From: Syncephalis fuscata S228
Taxonomy: Eukaryota; Fungi; Zoopagomycota
DNA: 64,000 nucleotides
NCBI GenBank assembly: GCA_025786725.1
Contig: JAHLTZ010000028.1
Coordinates: 1-64,000 of the forward strand
Direction: 5' to 3'
Shown here piece by piece: positions 13,989 to 25,581 of the stretch. The position numbers were made by a program, and so were the translations under genes. The first letter of the stretch is position 1. Each line of letters begins with the position of its first letter. The notes under the pieces were generated by a model. It ran no database searches. It saw only the letters and a list, made by a program, of their open reading frames with translations, and was not told where the DNA came from.

Positions 13989-15659
13989 AATAAAAGTGAT
14001 GATGTGGCGATTAAATAAACTCACCACTTGTCCCATGTTCAATAGATTGAGCGTGCAGTTCAATTGCGCGAATGTTATTAAATTTAGTCATTTGACCCCT
14101 AAACATAATAATTTTTATTTATATTACATTAGCACTTGCACCCACACTATAAAAACAGACTGCCGATTGCATAGCACACGATTTACGTTACGCCTTCCTC
14201 TTTCTCTTCCTCCATACTTGACAGCATTCATCCACTAGCCACCTTCCCCACTTGCACTTGCTTCCGTAAGTTCGGTATATGCCTTGCTTGCTATATGTCA
14301 TTGTTGGTCTATTAGTATAAGCATGCCTAGTCTCGGTACTACATACCGCCCTGCTGTATGGCGCCGTACAGCATTGCTAGCGGTGTCGTTTTACCTTGTA
14401 AACAGCTGCTAGTATGCTAACTATGATGGATATATGCTACCAAACATATACCGTTATCTTTCTCTTCCTCATCCTTTCCTCTATACCTTCTATTGCTCAC
14501 CGTGCTAGCAACAGTGTGCTTAGCTATGGTAGTAGCATATTGCGGCATTGCTGTATGGCCAGTACAGCAGTGCCATTATATGCACTACCTGTAAACACCT
14601 GCCAGCACGATGTTGCATTGGCAGCTCTCCTTTTCTTTCCTTTTGATAACCACTTACTGGTCCTTTTGTATGGTGCACTGATCGTGCAATGTAAGTAACT
14701 AGCTTAAATCATCACCAACTCTGCATATAATACTTTAGATTTACAAGCCATCAAGTGTCAATTCAAGGACAATGGCGATTAGTGTGTTAGCGGCCGGCTA
14801 CCAAGCAATATAACAACCAATGTATATTGATGACTTTAGATTTAGATTACTAATTACTAACCTGTATTGATAATTACAATTTATATCATAAATAAAAATC
14901 ACAATTGTTTTAGTGTGCTAGCGGCCGGCTACACAACATTGCAACATACTAACTTTATACATATATTGTTTTAAATTTTAGATACCGGACACTAACACTA
15001 ACATTTATTGATTATTATAGGTTTTAGGTAGCCGGCCGCTAGCACACTAAAATTAATTATAAAATATAAATTTAGGACAATTGTCTACTAACGTACTAAC
15101 ATTGTATTAATTATTTTAGATTTGTAGGTAGCCGGCTACTAACACACTAATACGCCCATTTCAAATAAGTAAATAATGTGATACTGCTACAACTGCAGTA
15201 TCCATCATATAAAACATGTGATGGTATACCACTATTTATTGGTGGCGATATACCATCACAACAATACCAACAAATAAGTACTTGATGTGGCATCATCAAG
15301 ATTAAAAAAATACTATTGCTATCAATTACTAGCAATATTAAAGTTATATTAAATCAATTTAATAATATGTTATTTATTACCAATTAATAACTTATTATGC
15401 GTTGATATTATCAAACAATATCGGTGCAAACTGTTAAACAAAAGCAACAACTACTAATAAGTAGATGCAAAGGTTTATACATTTTGCATTTTAATAAAGA
15501 TATAATCAATATATTTTATTGCATTTAATAAAGTGAATTGTAATAATAAAGATTATACAATTATTATATTTGCACATACTAGCTACTCATTAATTAATTA
15601 AATAAAAATGATTTTTACAATCATTAAATAATTTATTAATTATTATTGCTTTTTTGAAG

Positions 15660-16709
15660 GACAAATGACTATTTTTAATAATATCCAATTTATTGAACAT
15701 GATGATGGGTGGTGAGTGACATCAATCATCAAATACTCATCATTGTAAATTTACTGTCCAGTATGCATATATCATCACAGTATGTATTATTACTATATAC
15801 ACCCGTCACTTTGCTTGAATAGCATTAAAATCATAACTAATTGACATGATCTAGTTTGTTTATAAATAATCTTAATAAAACAATTCAATTCATATTCATA
15901 TTATTTATTCTACCAATACAACTCAGTAAACAGACTAGGTGCAATAGGTTAATTTTTATTAATAAAGCAGTTGAAACTATACCGACAACGGCTATAGACA
16001 GCGTATGGCTAATATATAATAAAATGATAAACATTATAATGAATATGCAATATTGAACGAGATTAGCAATGTTAAAGTTATTGAGCATTAGCCTAATAAA
16101 CAAGATGATTGACATTAGTTAAACTTTTTTAATAATAAAGCTAGAACAAAAAGAACAATTGCAATAACTAGTGCGTATACACTAGACAATGGAATGATAT
16201 GTAATATAACGAATATATAATACGAAGTGCCGATTAGCAGTGTTAAAGTTATTGAGCATATATACATAATCAATAAGCGGAATTAGTCGACATTTGTTAA
16301 TAATAAAGCTAGAACAAAAATAAGACCAGCTTTGGATAGAGGAAGACTAGGCGAGTATAGAATGATATATAAAATGACAAATGTACGGTGAGAAAGTATA
16401 TAAAATAATGTTAAAGTTACAGTGTGTATAACGTAATGAGTGGACTGCGTGAAGTGTGTTGGTGTATATAATAAATAAAATACATTTAGTATATTATAAA
16501 TGATATATAATAGTGTAGGGCATATTGGAAGTGATATAAATGAATAAAATATATATGTATACTGAATATATGCATACTGTATAATAAATCTGTGATAATG
16601 AGTATTTTGGACCCTGATGTGAATTGCCCCTAGTTTCATGTTTAATAGAAGAAAGTTTAATTTTAGTGTGAATATGATTAAATGTAATCATTTGACCACC
16701 AAACAAACA
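15660..16709 (-). mobile_element. Same TIR element, copy 2, inverted
   Basis: Essentially identical reverse complement of 12926-13876 (mirrored ORFs in the track), more diverged over the last ~100 bp. Confidence 0.75.
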
Positions 16710-17326
16710 ATAAATTATTAATAAATTATTTAATGTACAAAAAATAGTTATTTTTATTTAATTAATAAATGAGATTATATATACAAGTCATAAATTGAAT
16801 AGCATTGTACATGAAGACTATGAACAAATTGAAATATTGATAAAAGAGTTGCTTAATTGATGCAATAAAACAAAGAATAAAAACCAATCGCATAAAATCA
16901 AATACAATTATACAATATGTCAACAGTAAAACAATAAACGTAATAGAAAAATAGATGACAGGCAATAAATACTGGTATATTCATAGAACATGTCATCAGT
17001 ATATAATGAAAATAAATAAATGACAAACAATGAAGACAAGTATAATTGTAGAATAATGTCATCATTAAAACAATGACAATAGTGACAGAAATGGTATTCT
17101 AAATGGATTACTATCTAAAATTACTGTCGCATAGTGCTTCTAAGCCAATCCATATAAATGTGACATTAACAAATTTATAAAGGCAAAGCGATGGATTACT
17201 AGCTATATAAATAAATAAAATGTATTTATTTAACAAGTCTGAATCCATTACAATTGTGTACACACACTATTTGCTTTTTAAAAACAATTTAATAAAAGTA
17301 TGAAACAAACTTTACTTCAGCCAAAA

Positions 17327-17778
17327 ATCAGCTTTTACTATTGCTATGGGAGCTTGAAGCGGATATTACCGTTGAAGGTGGCGTACCTTTGCTTGATGGG
17401 CCTGGCGAAGGTTCGAATACGAAAGGGTCACATTATGGCACAAGCTCTCGTCGTACACGCAGCTATTCTACATATGGACTTGGTTCGGGTACGGGATCTA
17501 GTTCAGGGGCCGACAAAAGCGGCGATATAATTTACTTGGATGATTTACAAGAGATTGCCGCGCAACGTAATACCATAGCGACATCATCTACTCCCCAAAA
17601 CAGTCCGTTGCTATTGTCGCCAAGAATACGACCTGGCTGGCGCAGTTTAATCCCATGGTAGTGCCGCTTTATGCTTATATTTTTGATTTATACATTTATT
17701 ACTAACTTTAACTTTTGTACTAAGCACATCAATATTTTGTTTATATGTTTATTATTAAAATATATTATTATTGCATAA
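17327..17778 (+). pseudogene. Direct duplicate of the 3' half and 3' UTR of the globin gene (12217-12668)
   Basis: Offset 5110 bp; about six substitutions in the coding part; lacks most of the globin fold. Confidence 0.8.
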
Positions 17779-18625
17779 ATTAGCTGTCTCAACTGTCTTT
17801 AATATTGTTATAAACATCTATATTTACTTTTCAGCCTAATAACTTTCCATGTATTGTTTTCACCCATAAAACATTAATAGATTTTGACTGTTGGTACAAC
17901 GTGTTTTGTTTTATTGATGAATAGGCCCAAATGTTTCATATGACCCACCATGTGCCTGTAACAACGATACCTAGCATCGCCCCTAACCAACCACCTCGCC
18001 TTTTGTTTAGTAATTCTCCTTTGTTGGATAAATAATAAAACTACAATTTTAGCTGTCTATATATAGGCTATGACTGAGAAAAGATCTTCAAAAAGTATGG
18101 CTTTACCTGCCGCATAATTTAAGGAAATCTTTATTTAATTTGTTCACCTATTAATAACTTGGGACTGGTAATAGACCCTCTAATCTATTTATTACTACTA
18201 ATAGCTGAGTTTTACTGTTTTTTGTTATTTTATACAGCGACCATCGTTTATACACGTGAGGCGAAATCCCTTTACTTCCAGCTTGCCTCGAGTTTCTTTA
18301 TCAAGAATTCTTATAACCGCATGTTTTTGAAAACGGCGACTCCGTAATCTTGCTACTTAGCTTTGCCATTCATTCTACATTCCGCTTTCTCAACTTCTAC
18401 CCAACCTACTTATCCCGCATTCCGTTTATTCTTTTCATGACAACACTATTCAAGCCCAATTCTGTTTGTCTCGTTACCATTAAACTGCTATAGTCTTCTC
18501 AGTTTTAAGAATAGATTCAATAACCTTTATTAGTGTCAATTTCACATTGTATGGCTTCATTGATATTGCTTTAAGTACTCAGTATCATTTCTAGACCAAG
18601 GATTATTGATAGTTCATACGGCGCA

Positions 18626-19534
18626 ATGGCATCCAAATGGATTGCTTTACTAGCAATGCTTCGACTGCTATTGCTAGCTTTTGTTATTCAGCTGTCTAGT
18701 ATACCGCTGGCAGTTTCACAATCAAATCAATCTGCCCCAGCAGCTAGAAGTGAGCCCATCATCTCGCCGATATTAGCGCAATATCCCGTCAATATGACAC
18801 TTAATGCGCCCATTACCACGCTCATACCGCGTGAGCCACGTAATGTAACCGATGCTGCAGGATTAATGGCCCGCATTGGTCATCGACTTCTTTATACCAT
18901 TGGCTTTTACGGTGTACGCAATACTTCACATGCTGCTTGGATTAATAACGAATGGATTGCACCTCGTAGTCCTTTCCAAATCCATACAACACAAGAGCTA
19001 GTGCAAGTGATAAGAACAACCTTTCTGCAGCGTTATGCTACTGGTCCATTTCGTGGTATAGTATACCCTTGTTTAAAAGCCGGTAGTTTTGCCGAATTCA
19101 TTACTTGGCGCACGACTGTTGCCGATAATAGCGATGGAGCAGCAGCCAGTGTATTAAATAGCAACCAACCTGACCGACTAAGAGTTAAAGTACTCTGTAT
19201 AGAAGGCGTGCGATTAAATATCGATGCCGCAACAGTCGATTTTAACACCGGTCTTATGAAGCCAACAGCATCGCCGCTAGATAAAAGTGGCTCTGTTATT
19301 GTTACTAGTGGAGATGGCAGTGTTAGTAGAGATGCCACAACAGGTAGTTTACAAATTAAGCCGCAGTCCAATGGTACTGCTATTAGTTCAACATCAATTC
19401 TTTTCCCTAATGGTACTATTATCAATCTTAAAACTCCAAAGAATAATGAGCAATCAAATGAAGTGAAACCATTAAATGATTCAAAATACCAACACCTATC
19501 TCACCAGTATCCAGCAACAACAACTCTGCGTTGA
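18626..19534 (+). CDS. Secreted protein of unknown function, intronless
   Basis: 302-aa ORF with hydrophobic N-terminal signal and several N-glycosylation sequons. Confidence 0.7.
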   Translation: MASKWIALLAMLRLLLLAFVIQLSSIPLAVSQSNQSAPAARSEPIISPILAQYPVNMTLNAPITTLIPREPRNVTDAAGLMARIGHRLLYTIGFYGVRNTSHAAWINNEWIAPRSPFQIHTTQELVQVIRTTFLQRYATGPFRGIVYPCLKAGSFAEFITWRTTVADNSDGAAASVLNSNQPDRLRVKVLCIEGVRLNIDAATVDFNTGLMKPTASPLDKSGSVIVTSGDGSVSRDATTGSLQIKPQSNGTAISSTSILFPNGTIINLKTPKNNEQSNEVKPLNDSKYQHLSHQYPATTTLR

Positions 19535-19949
19535 ATGGCAATACATCATCGGCCAATCAGGATACTAATGGTGGCCCTATACATTTATACAATTCATCAA
19601 TGGCACTAACATCGACAGTTTGGCTATTTACATTTGTTTTAATGCTTTTGTAAAGAATGATACGCTTACACTATAACCAACATTTGTAATGATCTTTTAC
19701 TTTCTTCCTTAAACATCTTTTTATATGCATGCTTTTAAAACTGTTTAAAATAATCAACTTGTTTGTCGCTTGTTTCGCTCCTTGCCTGGTGTAAAATATG
19801 AAACAGGTCAACAGCAACTTATTGCAAATAGTTAATACAGACGTCTATGAAGTTTTATTGCTCAATTGCTTGTGATATAATACAGATTTTTATTTATATT
19901 AATGTCATTACACCAATATTGAATAAATTTATCCTTATTTAATATGGTT

Positions 19950-20120
19950 CAGTGCTAAATGACTAAAACTGGTACCACACACCATTGAACTAAATATTTG
20001 TTTTATTAAACATATGACTGAGTGATGAGTGAAATTAGTCATCAAAACACTCATCAGTATAATTTATTATCCAATATGTATATATCCACCATCCAGCTGT
20101 GCTATTACTATTGTATACTC
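19950..20120. mobile_element. Degenerate terminus of the same MITE family
   Basis: aaatgactaa...tattaaacat...gtgatgagtga...aaacactcatcagtataatttattatccaatatg resembles 15662-15770. Confidence 0.45.
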
Positions 20121-20863
20121 ATATATATTATCATTTTAACATGTATTAACAACTTTACATTTAGTATAAATAATATTGCTTATGCTTGTTTATTATTAAT
20201 CAACAGAAATGCTAATATTTCAAGTCAAAAGATATGAGTTTTGCAAGCATGTTTACACTTTAGTTATTAAGTTTATATTATGTAATACTAATACTATAAA
20301 GATAACTAGAACAGTACTATTTCATTCGGCGAAAAGCTTAAAAAATATTTAAAAAATGTACAATAAAAACGTCCATGTTGACATTAATAATTATAAAACG
20401 TGAAATAAAACTATTAATAACAAATTGCTAAGCGAAGTATGATCAATAAACATCAATCGACCCAGCAAATCAATATAGCACATACATATATAGCATACTA
20501 TTGATAATAAATATACCAAATAGTAAATTTTATTTAATACTAAAATGTATTATTATAAAATATATAATCATTAAAATAATAAATATCATAAAACAATTAG
20601 ATAAGACGCACTTGCACAACACAAGAAGACAGCTCGTGGAAGCAGAAAAGAAAAAATATTTATTTTGCGGAGTTTGTGTGTCAAACGCAACAGTCCTTTT
20701 TTGGACGGTCAAGCACACAGTGCCATTTCTATAGCTGGCCACATAATTGTACTGAAAAAAACGGTTCCACATTGCCTTGAACAAATTTATGCAACATTCG
20801 ATGCCAATTGGGTAATATTTCGCATTGGCCGGCCTTTTGTTGTAGTGACAGAGGTCAAGCTGT

Positions 20864-22286
20864 CTAATAGCTCAGTGGGCGTCGCAGTAGAAACTGTAGT
20901 AGCAGCAGCGTTGTTGTTGTTGTTGCTGCTGCTGTAGGTGCCATTGCTGTTGCCGCTTCAGCATGCAGATCTTCCCAGCTTTGGTAGCCGTGCAGCTGTT
21001 GAATTAGTAGCTGTGTTAATGGATCGGAAAGCCAAAAAACTACACATGCACAAGACTTATGAGGCGATCAACAGTGACTTGCATTGATGCTTACCAGCGG
21101 TCCACTAATACGAGTTCCTTTTGTTGTACTTGCTAAACATGCTTGCGTCCAAGGTTGTGTAGGCGTGCGACCTTCAAAGTTGTGCTGTCTATCTTCGGTA
21201 AATACCTAATATGACCGTTTGTAAAGAGACTATACTTGAATCCTCATGGTTTCAGGCCACTAGCTTACCGCGAATATAGGCCCATCTTCATCTGCCTCGA
21301 TCGTCATCCAATACTCACGACCGAAATGGTACTTACTCGCCCGATAGCCAACCGGGTAGGGATGATGGAACATACACTGTAGAACATAGAAATGGTTAAC
21401 CTTTGCCATTCTTTGCCATTCTTTTGCCATTGAACTATGTCCTACTTACCGCACGATTACTCCAAAACTGCAATTTACGCTCATCCGTCACCAGGTGTCC
21501 AATATCCCATATAGTAGTGCCGATACTCCCTGTAGCGACAAATAAATAGTCATGAATACACACAAATCATTAAGCCTACATAGAGTTAATGGTGCCGATA
21601 TACAACGCGGTATCTGGTTGACACAGTAAGGTAAAATTACAATAATTCAAATGTTAACTTACCATACTTTTATAGCGAAATGATAAGTGCCACTTGAATC
21701 CACGCGATAATTTATTCCAAGCATCATCATTTTCATCATTTTTATCGTTTTCATTTTCTTTATCTTCCAACTCTGCTGCTATTTGTCGCTTTTCCACAAG
21801 ATCTTCAGGATTTGATAGCGGCTTAAGCTAGTATGCATACGAAATACATTTAAACCGTTCATTCATTATTCAATCTGTAAAAACATAAAAATACATACTA
21901 AAGGTGCCTCGCCTCGTAATCTTTTAGAAGCTCTTGATGGCTTTAGTACAGCTGCGATGGGCAGTACGCGACGTCGTATTGATCTAGACGACTAAAAATT
22001 AAGTAGATAAACAGATAACCATAATAAATATATTAATATCTATATAAAATCATAACGATTAATCTTACCGTTTTATTTACTGAATGGTCGTTATCAGCTT
22101 TTATTGTTTCTTTCTTTGAAAGTCCTAACTGAGCCAATAATTCCTCATTCCGCTGAATATTTTCAACGCGCTGTCGTTCAAAATCACTTAATTCAACTCG
22201 TCTATTACAATTCACGCCATAATATTAGTTATTATGCGTATTCTTAATATCAAATAACGCGTAACTTGCCGGTGTTTAGAAACCAT
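20864..22286 (-). CDS. FYRN/FYRC (FY-rich) domain protein, multi-exon
   Basis: MVSKHRRVELSDFERQRVENIQRNEELLAQLGL (GC-AG first intron), then FYRN HPYPVGYRASKYHFGREYWMTI and FYRC GRTPTQPW...ISGPLFFGFSDP. Confidence 0.75.
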
Positions 22287-22498
22287 AATTGCAAATGCGT
22301 AAGAAATAAAAAAGATTAATATAAATAAACAAAAATATAATAATACTATTTGTTATCCATTCACTTCAATGTGTGTGTGTGTGTGTGTGTGACTATTGTC
22401 ATTTATTTTACATGCACTGCTTACGTTGTCTTTTTAACTACTATAACCACAAGTAACTATTTCAAACACTTTTGTATCGTTTAAAGACAACATTAAGC

Positions 22499-22976
22499 AT
22501 GTCAGCGGTATTTGACCATAAGAATGAAGGACCAGTATCATTGAATGATTTAATTGCTCGTGATAAATCGTTAACCACCTTTATTGATGCTTATCGTCGT
22601 TATCCAGAACTAGTAAGTTAGTTAGATAAGCCATAGTATTAATAGTACTAATAAATCTATTAAATAGGTTGATTTACTGGAGGATACGAGTAATAACGTT
22701 ACGGTGATTGCCGTTACTAATGAAGCCTTTAAAGCTTTAGAACATATACCACCAGAAGAAGAGTTAAAACGACGTATTAAACGACACTTTCTAGTCAACT
22801 TCACTGCTGATGCAAACCAGCCACATATACAACAAAGTGTCAATACACTGTCAAATGAACCGGCAATGGTTACTGTACAAAATGGACGAGTCCATATGCT
22901 TGAAGGAGCAATAACAACACTAGTGACTGAACTACCGCATAGTGTTCTTTATAAAACAGATATATTACTGTCTTGA
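22499..22976 (+). CDS. Small FAS1/fasciclin-like domain protein
   Basis: SLTTFIDAYRRYPELVDLLEDTSNNVTVIAVTNEAF...RHF...VQNGRVHMLEGAI; one intron ~22613-22667. Confidence 0.6.
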
Positions 22977-22984
22977 TCAATTTA

Positions 22985-25216
22985 TTAATCAATAATACAT
23001 TCAAGAACAAGATCAAGTATAGCCAATCCTGATTCTGTAGGACGTACATACTTAATATCCATCGATACTTGTTCTTTATCTTCTTCAATATAACTATATA
23101 TTTCTCGTGCCCATTCTAAATAGCCATAATCATGTAATTTCTCTAATTGATCTATATTGAGATACTATATAAATAGTTAATTAATTAGTTAATTAACAAA
23201 TAATAATCATTTAATATTTACCATTGTCAGTGATTCATTTGTAAGTTGTTTAAAATGAGTATTTTGAATACCCGTCTTCATTCTCATAGCCATAACAATT
23301 ATTTCCTTAATGATGTTAACACTAGTTATTATAATAATAACAATAATAATAATAGTAAATATCTTACTCGTGCATATTCATTAGTTGATAATGATACTGT
23401 TTTACGTAATCTAGTAACAATCATCATTAATTAGTTATTATTGAATTCATATAGCTATTTACTTACCCATGTCCCAATTTTGCACACTGCTTCATCCAAT
23501 GATTAGGTGCTGCAATCTATTATAGCTAATATGAATTCAATAGAGTAGATTATTATACAACTACTTACTCGATAAGTACGTTCCATATTCATGGTGCTTG
23601 GATTAAGTACTCGACCATGAGCACCAGGCCCAATACCTTTATATCAATTATTATGATTATGATTATGATTATGATTATTACTTATATACTATTAACATTC
23701 AGCTTATTCATACCAATATAGTCTCTACCCATCCAATAACCTTGATTATGGATACTACGTGATGATGTTGATCGAGCATAATTGGATACTTCATAATGAT
23801 CAAATCCATGAGATGTCATTAATGATACAGTCTGTTGATACATATCGGCCATTACATCATTATCGGGTAGAGTAATATGACCAGCTTCAACCTTATTAAA
23901 TAGACTAGTATAGATAGACTATTCGTTAGTTGTAATGATACACTGTTGGATAATAGTTACCGAGTACCACGTTCTACGGTCAATTGATAGATGGATAAAT
24001 GATCATCTGCTATGGCCATTGCTCTCTAATTATACTAAGTAACCCTATTCTATACATATACATATATATACACATATATATATTGTAATTGATCATACCT
24101 TTAATTCATCAGTCCAATCTTGTTTTGTTTGATTAAGACGTCCAAATATTAGATCGAATGTTACTCGACCTGGAAATAGTTCACGGGCCCGTTTAATTGA
24201 TATGAGTGCGTCTTGAACTGTATGTTCTCGACCTAACCATTTTAAATCTTTATCATTTAATGCCTATTATATGTTATTTATAGAATAAGTATTTGTTTAA
24301 TATTTGGTATTTACCTGTATACCAAGAGATATTCGATTAATGCCTATATCTTTAAATGATTGCATACGATTGGTGTCAAATAACTATTTAGATTATTAAT
24401 ATTAATATTGATATCTTTGTACAATTAACTATTCTTACAACAGGATTACCCTGTTTAATATAAAGTGTGAGTTATTAATTAATTAATTAACTAATTAATA
24501 AATAAACAACTCACCTCGAGTGATATTTCAACATTATTTGGTACGGTAGCATATTGTCCTATAGTATTTATTACTGCTTCTAATGTAGATGGCTTATAAA
24601 TGGTTAACAATAGCTAATTGCTTTAATTATACCATTACTTTAGCAAGACCTGTTATAACAACAACAACCATAACAATCAATATACTTTATTTATTGTATA
24701 TTATAATAACTTACTCGGTGTACCACCTAGATATTTTATATTAATTAATCGCCTTACTAATTATACTATAATTACTTACCTCCAAAGTAAATACTATTTA
24801 TACGTGGTGTATATGGCGCATAAGAGGTCAATGCTTGTTTTGTTTCAGCCACTAGTGCTGCTTGCATTGGTAGTTCATTATCTATTGAGTAGTTTCTTGG
24901 TTGTCGATATTTGTTAAACGCACAATAGGGACATAGTCTATCAATACATATATACATATATACATATATATTATAAATGTATAGAATATACTTATAAAAA
25001 TAATACTTACTTTCGACAATACGGCCAATGAATATAGATCGATATGTCACGTTCATTACTAGCACTAGTAGTTGTTATAGTTTGAATAGACCTCGTTGTT
25101 GTTATACAACCACTACGTGTAAATAGTTTATGTAATCTATTGTCAACTTGTTTAGTCAGTCCTCCATCTATTCTACTAATGACTGGTCGTAACCACAATC
25201 GACACGACATAGTCAT
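22985..25216 (-). CDS. RSAD1: Radical SAM HemW/HemN-like protein, many introns
   Basis: [21 protein letters not shown] (CxxxCxxC), SIYFGGGTP, HLSIYQLTVERGT, HYEVSNYA, YIGIGPGAHGR. Confidence 0.9.
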
Positions 25217-25581
25217 GACAAAGTAGTAGTAGTAGTAGTAATAGTAGTAGTAGTAGACTAATAGTAGTAGGTTAATAGTAGGTTAATAGTAGTAGTAGAC
25301 CAATAGTTATGGTTGTAAAACAAATAAAATAAAGTTTATTTTCAACTAATACGTATACTAGTAATAGTAACTAAGCTTTAATGTAAGCAATCAATTGACC
25401 AGAACATCATAAATAAATAGATGGAGAACGTAAACAATGCTAGAATGCAAGCTGTATATAATGTATAGAATATGTTGTTGTTGTTGGTAGAAGAATAAAA
25501 TAAAACACTGAGCGAAAAGGCATAACTCCTGGCACCAATTACTACTTGTTATTTTACTGGATAGAATCCGATCGATGATAA

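Noticed and set aside
12929-16706. Mirrored hydrophobic ORFs (118, 76, 70 and 66 aa)
   Set aside because: AT-rich non-coding TIR element; identity only reflects the inverted duplication
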